Shown: positions 12,318 through 24,930 of the stretch, piece after piece | Numbering within the stretch: position 1 is the first letter of the stretch | Layout: each line of letters starts with the position of its first letter | Assembly (NCBI RefSeq): GCF_037042905.1 | Contig: NC_087260.1 | Location: forward strand, 4,898,001-4,962,000 | Reading direction: 5' to 3' | DNA length: 64,000 nucleotides | Origin: Lytechinus pictus | Taxonomy: Eukaryota | Program-made: the position numbers and the translations under genes | Notes under the pieces: model-generated | Told to the model about the DNA's origin: nothing | Database searches by the model: none | The model's input: only the letters and a program-made list of their open reading frames with translations

Positions 12318-14110
12318 CATGGGCGGAAATCCCAGGGGGGACAGGGGGGACGTGTCCCCCCTACCAAAAATAGTAGGGGGGACACAATATCAAATGTCCC
12401 CCTACTATTTTTGGTCTTTTATGATGGAAAAAAATGCATCATTCACATTCGAAATAATACATGTCTTTTGAACTAAATGACCTTACATTTTGGGTGAAAA
12501 CTTTTTTTTTGCTTGTCAAATATTCCAGAGTGAATAAAATAAGATGAGGGGAAGACTTGGAAAATAAAAAGAATCTTTCATGTCACTATATAAAATTTTC
12601 GGTCGCGCTTCGCGCTCGCATTGCCTGTTAGGTGATTGTTCAATATGGATCTTAAATATCAAGTTTGGAAGTCAATATACATTACACATTTCACCTCGGA
12701 AATCGAACTTTCATTATTTTGTGTGATTTACAAACTGATTTTTAAAAGGTGCTCTGTTGAAATTATAGCTTTATGGTCTGAATATTGAAATTTTCTGCTC
12801 GTGCTGAGCGCTCGCAAATTTCGATTTATTAAGTACCTATTATTTTGCGCTCGCATTAATGGTTAAAAAAATATTTTAACTGATGCATTCTATTCAGAAT
12901 TACAAAAGTGCTTGAAATGTCCAGTTTTCAGGCCATAATATCATCAGATCCCCCCCCCCCCCTCATTAGGCATTAATAAATAAGATATTAATTTAATGAT
13001 TAAATTGTCCCTTTTGTTTCATCTCGCGCTTAGCAAGAGGGATAGTAAGATAGTCATCATTTTCATATGACATGTCCTAAGGATGTCCCAGTCCTATGTC
13101 AAAACTCAAATAATAATGAAAAATATCAGCTCTTTATTAAGTGCGATCCATATCCACCTCACGATTTTCCTACAAAGTGCTTGAAATAAATAGCTGAAAT
13201 TAACTTTTTTTTTCAGATTGGAATATCATATAGTTTAAGCTCGCGCTTCGCGCTCGCTCTGATTTTTCATAAGAAAAGATGTGTAGAATGCCTAGATTCT
13301 AGGTCTGAATATGAAACACGCCCGCGCATGTTTATTCAGATACTCAACTTGTTCTATATTTAAATCGTTATCCAGTTTCAGATCACAATATCAAAAACTC
13401 TGCTCGCGCTTTGTGCTCGCATTATTAATGTAGGAAGATCCCCTATTACTCATTCTTTTCATGATTTACAAAACATGAATAGAGTGTGCCGTTTTTAGGT
13501 CTAAATCTCGATTTTTTTTTCCGCTCGCGCTTCGCGCTCGCATCAATTGTTTAATTATATACCTATCTGTTTGAATTACAAAAAGTGCTTAGAATTTTCA
13601 TTCCTTAGGTAAAAATGTCAAAAAATTTCAACTCGCGCTTCGCACTCGCATTATTTAATTGTTGAAATATGTAACGTCTTCATGGCTAACTGCAAGCAGT
13701 CTTTAACAGGTACCTTTTCCATCAGATCATTTCTGCTCGCACTTCGCGTTCGTAGTACTTATTTATTTGCATACACATCTTTTTCGGGATAACAAACATT
13801 GCCCAGAATGTTAAAATTTTAGGAAAAAATACGTAAAATCCCCCCCCCTAAAAAAAAAAAAAAAAAATTGCTCGCGCTTCGCGCTCGCATTATATAAATA
13901 TTGATTATGATATTATATATTTATGTTGATTTATAAGAATAAAGCTAAAAAGTGACCACGAAGACTACCCCTTTAATGAAACAAACAAAAATCATCATCG
14001 AGCGGCCAATCGGGGATTAAAATATGGCTGAACCCCCCCCCCCCCTATTGGCGAAGGCTGGATCCGCCCCTGTGGTCCCCCCTACCTTTCGGGACAGATT
14101 TCCGCCCATG
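12318..14110. mobile_element. Non-autonomous hAT element with a ~110-120 bp internal tandem repeat
   Basis: TIR CATGGGCGGAAATC / GATTTCCGCCCATG; perfect TSD AGATCACT; internal foreign end GGATCCGCCCCTG at ~14060-14072. Confidence 0.92.
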
Positions 14111-14283
14111 AGATCACTAATGCTATGTAAAACCTTCAATTGGCAATGCGATCAAGGAAAGTGATGTCAAGTACATCCGAATCATCTGATTGGTAAATAA
14201 AGTTCTAATTAACAAATTTTCATCAATTTTTGTTTTTATCTCGTAAGCTTCGCCTTCTGGTTTCTGCAAGTTTTTTTTCAGAT

Positions 14284-15586
14284 TAGCGCTGACTCGACGT
14301 AGATGGGGTAGTTTGAGTATCGGCGGTAGTGCGACAGTCCGAGAAAATAGACCTTAGGATATAATTTTGTACTGACCAAAGTTCATGACTCACCTGTATG
14401 GGGTGGTAAACCAAATTCCTTGCCAGGATTGCAACAATGTTTAGATCGAAGAAAAGGTTTAGGATAAGAGAGGCTCAACACAAGCTAGAGGCGGGAATGA
14501 GCAAAGATCACTTCAAAAAATCGAGAAAGGAGGATCGGCACTCGCTTAAGCCTAATTGGTCACAACCCACTTCGTTTGCTTGGCACTGCCAGAGACGCTG
14601 GCCAATACAATTTATCCAGGTAGCCATTTTTCCCGTCAGTACTTCTGCATCTGACGCGAGAGGGCAGTATACCGTAGCTATAACCTTTTTCGTGAATAAG
14701 TCTATGAGAGTGACGATATGATAGATTAATTTAGTCAGACTACGCCTCATGAATATTCATGGCGACACGAAACGTTAGAATAAAGCGCATTCTCCGACCC
14801 CTCGATCAGCTCGATTTGTGTGGCTCAATCAGTAAACCAATCATGTAGGTTCGAGTCTCGCCGAGAACGATTTTTTTAAAGAATAAAAAATATATATATA
14901 TCGAGGCAAGACTCTAAAAAAAAGTCGAAGATTTGTAGTCTGATTCGAAGCCTTAAAAAACCCTCTCGTGTCGGGTGCATAAGAACTGACGAAAAAGAAA
15001 ATCACATCCAAACGATGTGTAAATAATAATAATAATAATAATAGTAAAACTTTCCCTCGGAGGTTACACGGGCATAACTACAACTGGCAGGCAAACGATA
15101 TTCATTCGAGCCAACCCATTCTCGATTTTTTAATTTGATATTGCTGTTTGATGAAAATGAATGAATATAACTGACAATCTAACACTGATTCTATATATGG
15201 AGGGTACCTACTGAACTCTCTTTTTTCACATTGGAAAGATATATCACTACTATGGAGCGGAGTTTTACTGGCGGAAGAATTAGGGCCATTTTATTTTCTA
15301 AAGTGACAAATTTGATCCCGTCAGGTGTAGTCTTCCTAAATGCCGATTTATTTTAAAAATGAGCCGGTCGAGGTACCCTTTTCTGGTCAGATATGGAATG
15401 TCAGACATTTATCATATCCACTGGTAGTAAACATTCAACCCTCGAATTTCCTCCTTATTTTTAATGATTTTTTTTAAAGTGCCACTTTAACACACGAGTC
15501 TATGGGAAAGAATTAGGCCTGTGAAACCCGGACTGTCGTACTACTGCCGATTCTCGAACTACCCCATCTACGGCGAGTCAGAGCTA
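14284..15586. mobile_element. Non-autonomous DNA transposon with ~60-bp TIRs starting TAG
   Basis: TAGCGCTGACTCGACGTAGATGGGGTAGTTTGAG / CTCGAACTACCCCATCTACGGCGAGTCAGAGCTA. Confidence 0.8.
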
Positions 15587-15891
15587 GTCTTGGGGAATTG
15601 GTAAGGCGTCTGACTAGTAAAATGAGGGCCTTTGTCTGGTTCACAATTCACTTAAAGAAGCCTTCACAAACAATGCAGTAGGGGAAAGTCCGCGGGGTAA
15701 ACACAAAATTGATTGTGAAATGATGAAATTTTGTTCATTTATAATGATGATGATAAATGATAATGATAAACAGATGAACAAAAACACCAGTAAAATAATG
15801 ATTATAGTTCTTTTTTCAGTCTTTCTTGTTACTTCCCAGTAAGGTAAACACACTCATACTTGAATTAAAGGAGACATTCAAGTTCTTACTA

Positions 15892-16077
15892 CAGTGAAAC
15901 CTGTGTTAGTGGCCACCTGTCTATAACAGCCATCTGCCTATAGTGACCAGTAAAACTGATTCCCATGAAGGAAGGTTGTGTGTTCATAAGAACCTGTCTA
16001 TAGCAGCCACATGTCTATAAAGGCCACATTTTGTGCTTCCTTTGGGTGGTCACTAATACTATAATCAGGTTTCACTG
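15892..16077. mobile_element. Tc1/pogo-type MITE
   Basis: TA-CAGTGAAACCTG...CAGGTTTCACTG-TA. Confidence 0.85.
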
Positions 16078-16273
16078 TATTTTTGATTTAGACAAAATTG
16101 TGATCTTACCAATATTTGCTTAAATTGAAAAAAAGGTAAATAATTGCACAGCTCGTGATGTCGTTTTTTTTTTATCAAGAATTGGTCTCTTTCTATAACT
16201 ATGCTCGTCAGACAAAAGTACATTGAATCAATTTTCTTTCCTGGTCGTTTCTAAAACCTGTCGAAATTTTAAG

Positions 16274-16427
16274 GTGATGCCTCCATTTCCACAAGCTACA
16301 CCATTGGCCTGAATTGGACGAAGACTTTTCCGAATGCTTCGGAGCCAGTGTACACAAACGCCCAACTCCTCCGGGCAGTTCAACCCGAAGCCAAGATTAT
16401 TCTCATGGTCAGGAATCCCACAGAAAG
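16274..16427 (+). CDS. CHST15-like sulfotransferase exon 3 (3'-phosphate-binding RNP-R motif)
   Basis: GDASIST...AKIILMVRNPTER; phase 1 start, phase 2 end at AG|GCAAGT (GC donor); not in the ORF track. Confidence 0.88.
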
Positions 16428-16461
16428 GCAAGTTTTAATTAAACTACCCCCTCCGTTTTGC

Positions 16462-16720
16462 GGGGGCGTCTTGGTCTAGTGGTTGCGACTCTCGTCATTC
16501 AATCTGAGGGACGTGGGTTCGATTCCGAGCCATGGCGTGGTTTCCTTCAGCAAGAGATATACCCACACTGTGCTGCACTCAACCCAGGTGAATGGGTACC
16601 CGGTAGGAAGAAATTCCGTGAATACTTGAGCACCTACATTGGCAGCGCAGTTAAACCCTGGTGATAATAGCAGCGCTTTGTATCCGCTGTATAAACCCAG
16701 ATATCATATTCATATTATCA
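16462..16720 (+). mobile_element. tRNA-derived SINE
   Basis: A box TGGTCTAGTGG, B box GGTTCGATTCC, body TGTGCTGCACTCAACCCAGGTGAATGGGTACC shared with the copies at 25.7 kb and 55 kb. Confidence 0.9.
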
Positions 16721-17616
16721 TGTTTTTGTTTATACAATTTAAAAGAGAGAAGGGTAAAATGTGATATAATTGTCTAAATATTACGTCAAAATATATCACA
16801 AAATTTGATTTCTGCATGAAAAATGTCAACATTTTGGCTGGCTTGCATCGCTTGCTCATAACTTTTTATAAATTTTGCTCGATACGCCATATCCAGCCCC
16901 CCCCCCCGCCATTTTTTTTCTCATAACGCCACTTGTGAATGTTTACACTAAATATTGTGCTACTTCTGTGAATGTCCTCTCTGAATTCGTTGCATGTATG
17001 TAATCAACTTGAGCCATTTTTACTATTGACATTTTTGCCTCCGCCATTTGTCATTTTTACTTCTGTTTTTTGTTTCCCTGCAAATTTTCCTCTGCCCATG
17101 TAAACTTTTATTTTTCATTTCATTACTACTTTTATTACCTGCGCCATTTTGACCTCTGTCATTTTACCTCGGCCATGCTTACCTGTTAAATTTACCTCTA
17201 CACTACTTTGAATCTGAGATGATAATCTAGACCTTCGAGCTTCTAGAGCCACTAAACGGAAAATACGAAACTGCAAAGGACTTTACGCTTGGCAGAAATC
17301 GTAGGAACCCCCTTGAATCCCTCCCCTCTCCCATACAAACACCCATACACCCTCCCTCACACACATTAACCGACATGGGCATGTTACTAGTACTATTCAC
17401 ACTCTATCTTGTTTTAGTTGGAAGCATTTGGTGGCGTAACTACGGGGGGGAGCATGTGCCCCCCATTGGCTGGCAAAAAAGGGGGAAAAGGAAAAAAAGA
17501 GGGAGAAGGAGAAACGTAATAGGGGAGGAGGAAATAATAATAATTATATCGTGTTCATATCACATAATATTTTTTTTTTTCAAAACTTTATGAAACATTA
17601 TTTGCTTATTTCCTAT

Positions 17617-17928
17617 GGCCCATATTCTGATAACAGTTTTAACTTAAACTCAGGTTTACAGTTGTGGTTTAAGTATGGATAGCCAATTGTTACATAAATC
17701 ACCAACGGTAGAGATATCATATTTCAGCTCATTTGGCTCTCATATCATTCATAATTGTCTAGGAAGTATAAATAGATTATTGTCTTCACCATCGATGAAT
17801 CAGGAAAGAGCACAGTAAACATAAGAAACGTTCAACTTAATAAAAAATTCTGATACTTTTGGCTTCCCATACTTAAACCACAATTTTAAACCTGAGTTTA
17901 AGTTAAACCTGCCTTCAGAATACGGGCC
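17617..17928. mobile_element. Harbinger-like MITE (~310 bp)
   Basis: GGCCCATATTCTGA / TCAGAATACGGGCC flanked by TAT/TAT; same family as 23983-24930, opposite orientation. Confidence 0.85.
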
Positions 17929-18167
17929 TATGTGTTCATCATATCTGGTGCTCGCATTGTATATACTCATGTTGTATTAAAACATCCCATTAAAGTCAAT
18001 ATACGCCAAATGTATTTCCTTGCACTTATTACTTGTTTTATGTAGTGACAGCTTCTTTTTCATGACAGTGATTGCCTTTTTTAAAATTTTAAACATTTCC
18101 AGTCGTTCTTAGGTTCGCATTAGTGGATCGCTGAGATTACGTCTGCTCTTCGTGAATTCATAAAAAC

Positions 18168-18267
18168 CACTGGAGTAAATGCTTGCGTCACCCGTATTGT
18201 TCAGGGGATAGATCATCCCCCTGAACAATAGGTGTGAAGCAGGGGCTTACGTCGAGACGCGTCGGTG
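18168..18267. mobile_element. 100-bp hairpin mini-hAT element
   Basis: Starts CACTGGAGTAAA; TSD ATAAAAAC/CTAAAAAC; absent at the paralogous site ~62470-62490. Confidence 0.7.
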
Positions 18268-18382
18268 CTAAAAACAGTCCTCAAAATGTCCCCCTTCTGG
18301 TCTGAATATCAAAAAGTTTTGATTATTGAAATACGTATGATCTTAGTGAATTCCTAAAAACAAGCCATAGAATGCCCCTTTT

Positions 18383-21300
18383 GTATTGTATTGTATTGTA
18401 TTGTATTGTATTTATTTAATCACGGTAAAACTTACATTCAGTCATAACAGACTGCTTTTCAGCAAGTCCGTGAACATTAAAAACATGTAAAAGTGAGACA
18501 ATACGAAAATATTCAAAAATATTACAGTAACACATAAAATAAAACATACATAATTAAAATGAAAAACAATGATAATTAAAACTACATAAAACCGCATGTA
18601 CGAAAAGAAATTATAGAAATTCTCTAGCCCCCCCCCCCCCCCGGCAGATGAGTTAGAAGTCGATGGAATTAACTGATTTCATAAATAATGAGAACTGATC
18701 CAATTGACGGGTATTACTTGGTAAGGAATTAAATAATTGAATACCTATATAGAGACCGCCGTCCCTTATTAAATTTGTTTTTGGTTTTTCGAGATTAATC
18801 CTACACTGGTAATTTCGAAGAGAATAATTACTTTTCTTGATACTTATTTTGGAGCACAAGAAAGATGGAAGTTGTCCATGAAGTAATTTAAATATAAAGG
18901 AAACTGCCTGTTTTTTCCATCGCAATTCTAACTTGTCAATGTTCAGAGTAGAATACAACAGGTTGGTACTATATCTATAATCAACTCTTAAGACCATACG
19001 CAGTGCTCGATTTTGAAGAACACTCAATTCTTTTAGTAAAACTTTCCCTGCATTGAACCATACTATAGAGCAGTAATCAAAGTGTGGTTGAAAGAGTGAT
19101 TTGTAAAGCATTATAGCAGTATTCAGACTGATGTACGGCCTGAGCCGTTTCAAACAATACAGGGTTTTTGTCGCTTTCGTCTTAACAAATTTAACATGTG
19201 CATTCCAGTTGAGCGGTGCACTGAGCATAACGCCAAGGTACTTGCACTCTTCCACTCTTTTGATTTTTTCACCGTCAATTTGAACTTGTGCATTTGCAAA
19301 TGGTAATAATTTACGCCTTGATCCAAATATGATAAATTCACATTTCTTAGGGTTCAGTAATAATTCATTACATTTCAACCAGTCTGAAATCCGTGCCAAA
19401 TCTTCATTTAGACAGGAACATAAATCAGAAACATTATCTGAGGAATAGTATATACATGTATCATCAGCGTACATTGAAATACTGCTAAACTTTACAACAG
19501 TAGAAATATCATTTATGAAAATGATAAACATCAAGGGACCAATTATACTCCCTTGTGGAATTCCACAGGTAACTGTATTATAAGAAGAAAATGTATTATT
19601 GATAACTGTTACATGTTTTCTTAAAGTTAAATAGTTTTGGAACCATCGTAAGCTTGACTCATCGAACCCCAGAAGATCAAGTTTTCTTAACAGAATATCG
19701 TGGGAAACCATATCAAATGCTTTCCGAAGGTCAAGCGATACTAATCCAACAGCTTGCCCAATATCTAATTCTTTACGAGTATTTTCTGTAATTGTAAAGA
19801 GGGCTGTATTTGTTGAATAATTGGGGCGAAATCCAAACTGATTATTTGAAAGTATATCATTATCAGAAACATATTTATATACTTGTTTAAAAACAACCTT
19901 TTCCATTATTTTCGATAGTACAGGCAATACGGAAATCGGCCTATAATTAGTAGGATCCTTTAAGTTACCACCTTTAAATAATGGCATGAGCTTAGCCATT
20001 TTCCAGTCTAATGGAACTACTCCCTGATTAAGAGAAAGATTTATTATGTGTAACAATGGTACAATAATATGTGATACTGAATCTTTTAAGATACAGGTAG
20101 GTATACCATCTAATCCTGAAGACTTGTTTTTTGGAATCTCATTAAAACACTTTACTATATCGTTCTGTGTAACTTCATTAAAAGAAAACACAGTTGAGTG
20201 TTTGATTGTTGGTTCAAACGTTTTCTTAGCAAACTGAGCACCATCTTTAAGTTCTTTAGTTATATTTGCAAAATAATCATTCATATAATTTGCGTTGTCT
20301 TTAGAATCAGACAATATACTTCCTCCAATATCAAGTGATTTCAAAGTTTGACTTTTGCGTTTGTTTGGAAGGATTTTACCCAGCAGTTTCCATATTCCAG
20401 CACTATTGCCAGAGTTCTCAAGAATGTTCTTTGTTATATATTCCCTTTTGGATTTACGTCGCTTTGCCGTGACTTGATTGCGTAACAGTCTGTATTCACG
20501 CCAGACATCTGGGTCACCAGATGCGAGCCCTTTCTTTACACTGATCACGAACCTTCATCATCGTTAAAATCTGTTCATTGATCCATGGAACACTTTTCTT
20601 ACGAATTCGTTTACGTTTCACAGGTGCAAACCTATTTAGGATATCATTATACATATTTCGAAAATTATCATAGGCTGTGTTTACATCAACTTCAGAAAGG
20701 ATCTGAGACCATGAACATTTATCCAGTTCCTTACAGAATGAGGAAAAATTCATTTTTTTCAAATCACGATAGGTGACGTATTTGTGCTTAGAAAATGTCA
20801 TTTTAGTTTTTCCCAAACGTGCAACAATCATGTAATGATCACTTAAAGAAACTGTTACAACATCACAGAATTGAACTATGTCATCATTAGAAGAAAATAG
20901 TAAATCTATAGTTGAGGAAGACGTGTCAGTTACCCTGGTAGCTTTCGAAATATATTGTTTCATATTGTAATCATTGGCAAGCGATAATAATTTTTTAGTA
21001 TGAAAGTTATGAGGTTTCTTTGATACATCACAATTCATATCACCAAGTATGATAAAATCAAGACACTGAGAATCCAGATATTGTAGTAACAAATTAAAAT
21101 CATCTAAAACATCTTTCTTTGAATCTGGCGGTCTATACCATGTCACAAGGTGAAAATACATATTAATTCCAAGTGACCAAAATCATGTTCTTGCATTTCA
21201 AATACAATGTTATCTCTTAAATATATAACGACACCACCACCATGTCTATTTCGGTCCAGTCTGATAATATTATAGCCACATATGGAAACTTCAGAGTCAA

Positions 21301-21660
21301 ATATATTGCTATCCAATTTTGTTTCACTGAGAGTTAAGATATCCAAATTGCTTTGTTCTAAAATATGATTAATTTCATCTACATTTTTAAACAAAGTACA
21401 TACATTTAGATGTCCAATTTTCAATCCCTTGTTACAATTCAGTTTTTCAAAGACAAGTGGGATAGAGTCATAATGATTGTCATTTGAAGTTTTTTCAATT
21501 ACACTCGGTCCTTCCGTCTCTCCATACTGATCAATAAGATGAAAAGGCAATTCTCTATACAGACATACATCGCAAATCCAGTCAGTATCCGAATGAAAAA
21601 ACTCAGAACTCAGGGATGAGCATTTAAGATGAATCCATCGAAGACATTTTACACATAACA
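18383..21660 (-). mobile_element. 5'-truncated CR1/L2-group LINE (ORF2: PHD finger - APE endonuclease - RT), two frameshifts
   Basis: CVKC..WIHLKC...WICDVC; GHLNV, LSETKL, YRPP, GDMN, SDH; RT NYRPISVLP, QFGFR, DLRKAFD, GIPQGS, YADD, YLG; 3' AATAAA + (TACAA)n tail; CTTTT duplicated at the junctions. Confidence 0.93.
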
Positions 21661-22500
21661 CTTTTAAGGTCTGAATTAAAAAAAATCAGCTCGCGCTTCG
21701 CGCATGCAAAATATGATAATATCACGTTCTTGATTACAATTACTACAAAAAGTGCTTCATGTGGTTATTTGTAATTCTAACAAAATCATCACTCTGGTGA
21801 GATTATGAGATATGTAGCCTATACTCTTCATGAAATCCTAAAAATATAGTCTTTAAATATCCCTGTTTGGGGTCAATATATACACACATTTCAGCTCGCG
21901 CTTCGCGCGCGCATTGTTTGTTTAGTGAAACAGGTGCGTATCATGATTACAAAAATTTGCTTGTAATGTCCATTGTTTAGGTCTGAATATCAAAACTTTT
22001 CAGCTCGCGCTTCGCGCTCGCATTATTTGATTAGTGAGATACATATTCGTTTAATGGCACAGTCCTTAAATCTCTCTTTAGGTCAGCATATGCCTTGCAA
22101 TTGAGCGCGCTCCGCACGCCCACTAAGTGACTCGAAATTTTTGCCGGTGCCCCCCACGCAGCAACCCACGGTACGCCACTTGAAGCATCAGATTAGCGAC
22201 ATAACTTCCAGACTTCTGTCAGATATGTATATCGCTGGTGCAAAAATACTCTTTCTCGTATTTTGCGCATGCGCATAATGCTATTTTGTGGTCAATCATG
22301 TTGCCAAATGTAGCTGTCTATTAATACTTCACGACGTTAATCGTGACTAGTTATATGTTTGCTTATATTATTAGCATTTTAATCAATGTATAATGTCTTG
22401 TTTCAGATTCAAGTGATGATTTGTAATTTGTGTTATGTATGTGCTTATAAACTTTTAATCTGACCCTAACCTTAACCCTATGTCTCCCTTAAAAATGCAG

Positions 22501-22648
22501 GGCTATATCGTGGTACTGGTATACTCACAGCGCTGCAAAAGGGTATAATGAAAGGACTTTTCATAATTTCGTCGTCAAGAATATCGGTTGTTTAAGGAAC
22601 TGTTTGGAGAAGCATAATCCTCGCTACTGTGCATATGCTGCAAATTGT
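22501..22648 (+). CDS. CHST15-like sulfotransferase exon 4
   Basis: GCAG acceptor, GTAAGT donor; (R)AISWYWY...CLRNCLEKHNPRYCAYAANC; phase 2-0; not in the ORF track. Confidence 0.88.
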
Positions 22649-23199
22649 GTAAGTATAACGGGTTTTTTTTCTTATCGGGGTATTGATGATGATGATATTT
22701 GGTGACGAATTTGATGATATTAAGGCCTATTAGTTTGAGCGTGTCACTATTAGTGTTTATTACTTGATCATATTAATACGTGTGCCCCGAAACAATTGTG
22801 GTTTGGGTGAGGACATTAAACAAAAATGTTGCATAATAGATTGTGTATTCAAAACCACTGAAGAGAGACAAATTGCACATTTTTTTTAGAAGCTAGAACA
22901 TGAAATGGGCTTTCTAGTTCTGCATATTTGAGAACAATACATTGTTTTAAAATTAATTTGGCCGTATATCGACAGGACATTAGTTTTCGCTATTTTAAAG
23001 GAGAATGATCTTATATCATTATGATCATAGTAAATCTTTTGAGAATGCCCGTCAAATCAAAATGAAGAGCTGATAGGCTTTCGTCGACGAAAATTGGTGA
23101 AAGAGGACACCCAATCGTTGTAAAATTCTGAGCCGAGGAAAATGTCGTTTGCCCAAAGTCACGGACGACACTGCTGTTTTGAATCACCGATTTTAGGCT

Positions 23200-23635
23200 A
23201 AGGCTGCGTTTATGCGACCTCAAGCCAGAATCATGATTTGAATCATGATCTGTGTCATCGGATTCAAAACACAAACATGAATCACAATATCATAGAATCA
23301 GCGTTTAGACAACCTTCATTCCAATGCTGTTTCTCCTCGGAATCGGGCCGATAAACGCACCCTAAAACTACAAGAGTCAAACCGAAAGTAGCCCGACACA
23401 GTGACGTCAAAAAATCATGATTCAAATCACGATCGCGTTTATACGACCTTTTTCGTTCGCGATTCTACAGAAACGTCTTTCCAAACGCCCCTTTTTCCGT
23501 GTTTCATGTTTGTGATTTGAAAGACGCTTATTTTCCCTTTTGACGAAACGCAATCGCGATTCTGCAGAATCATGATTTGAATCATGATTCTAATTATGAT
23601 TCTAGAGTTTAAAAAAGTGGCGCATAAACGCACCC
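23200..23635. mobile_element. Harbinger-like MITE(s) with GAATCATGATT repeats
   Basis: TAA-GGCTGCGTTTAT ... ATAAACGCACCC-TAA; the right end occurs twice. Confidence 0.65.
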
Positions 23636-23803
23636 TAAAACTACTTTGTCATGAGGGATTTTGACTATATAGATTCTGTACGTTCCAGAAAGGTCAGAAA
23701 ATCAGCCTTCTTACCATTAAAAAATGGTTATGTAATACTTAATACTCATGCAATTCGTACAGAACCCTTTCATGTTTAAAAGACAAACCTTTCCCCTTTT
23801 CAG

Positions 23804-23966
23804 CCATATAATCTAATACCTGAACTCCAAGTTGGACTCTATTATGTGTATGCCCGTGATTGGATGGAAGCTTTCTCACGTGATGGCGTTCTCGTCGTAC
23901 GATTGGAAGACTGGCAAGCCAATCCACTCCAAGTTTATAGAAAGATTATTGAATTTCTTGACTTGA
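23804..23966 (+). CDS. CHST15-like sulfotransferase exon 5
   Basis: PYNLIPELQVGLYYVYARDWMEAFSRDGVLVVRLEDW...IIEFLDL; TTTTCAG acceptor, GTAAGT donor; phase 0-1. Confidence 0.9.
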
Positions 23967-23982
23967 GTAAGTTAAACACAAT

Positions 23983-24930
23983 GGCCCGTATTCTGAAGTC
24001 AGGTTTAACCTAGACCATGGTCTAACTCTGTGTTAAAATTATGGGAAGCCAAAGGTGTCACAATTTTTATTAAATTGTTTGTTTCTTATGTTTACTGTGC
24101 TCATTCCTGATTTATTGATGGTGAAGACAATAATATATCTGTACTTCCTACACCATTATGAATGATTTAAGAGCCAAATGGGGTGAAATATTATATCTCT
24201 ACTGTTAGAGATTTATGTAACAATTGGCTGTCCATACTTAAACCACAACTTTAAACCTGAGTTTAAGTTAAACCCGACTTCAGAATACGGGCCAATGGCC
24301 CGTATTCTGAAGTTGGGTTTAACTTAAACCACGGTCTAACTCTGTGCTAAAATTATGGGGAGCCAAAAGTTCAAAAATTTTGTTTATATTGTATATTCCT
24401 TATGTTTACTATTTTGTTTCCTTTTTCTTTCATAAATGAAGAAAAATCCTTCAGTTATCATTCCCAGACAATTATGAACAATTTGAGTGTCAAATAAGTT
24501 AATAATTGGATGTGTGCTGTTAAGGATGTGTGCCCCAATTGGCTCTCCATACTTAAACCACAACTTTAAACAAGGGTTTGATTTAAACCTGAGTTCAGAA
24601 TACGGGCCAAAGGCCCGTATTCTAAGTCTAATTCAACTTTAGACCGTGGTCCATGGGCTCTGGACTAAAATCATTATGAAAAGCAACGAAATATCAAAAT
24701 TTTGTTTAAAGTGTATGTTTCTAACGTTTAGTGCAGTCTCGCTTATTTGTAATGGTGGAGAAAACTGTGTTATTTATCATTCTAATCTCAGATAGCTTTT
24801 CATGTTTTGGGGGTAAAACAAAGCGATTACTTTGTATTAGACTTCTACTGTTAGGTATTCGTGCCACAATAGGTTATAGGTAAACCACAATTTTAGACCA
24901 GAGTCTTTATTGAACCCGAATCCGAAATCT
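23983..24930. mobile_element. Three abutting Harbinger-like MITEs (23983-24293, 24297-24608, 24612-~24930)
   Basis: GGCCCGTATTCT...AGAATACGGGCC units, each preceded by a 3-mer (AAT, AAT, AAA); the third right end is degenerate. Confidence 0.88.

Larger units (their letters stand above)
17429..22181. mobile_element. Non-autonomous hAT element hosting three nested insertions
   Basis: Ends TGGTGGCGTA / TACGCCACTT; TSD GAAGCATT/GAAGCATC; body homologous to 62330-63125. Confidence 0.75.

Noticed and set aside
12600-13890. Regularly spaced GCTCGCGCTTCGCGCTCGCA repeats resembling a CRISPR array
   Set aside because: Eukaryotic context, no cas genes, the ~100-bp intervening sequences are mutually homologous, and the array lies inside a TIR/TSD-bounded MITE
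16462-16535. tRNA genes here and at 25785-25855, 54898-54970 and ~9390-9425
   Set aside because: The tRNA-like heads run into a shared SINE body and simple-repeat tail; they are SINEs
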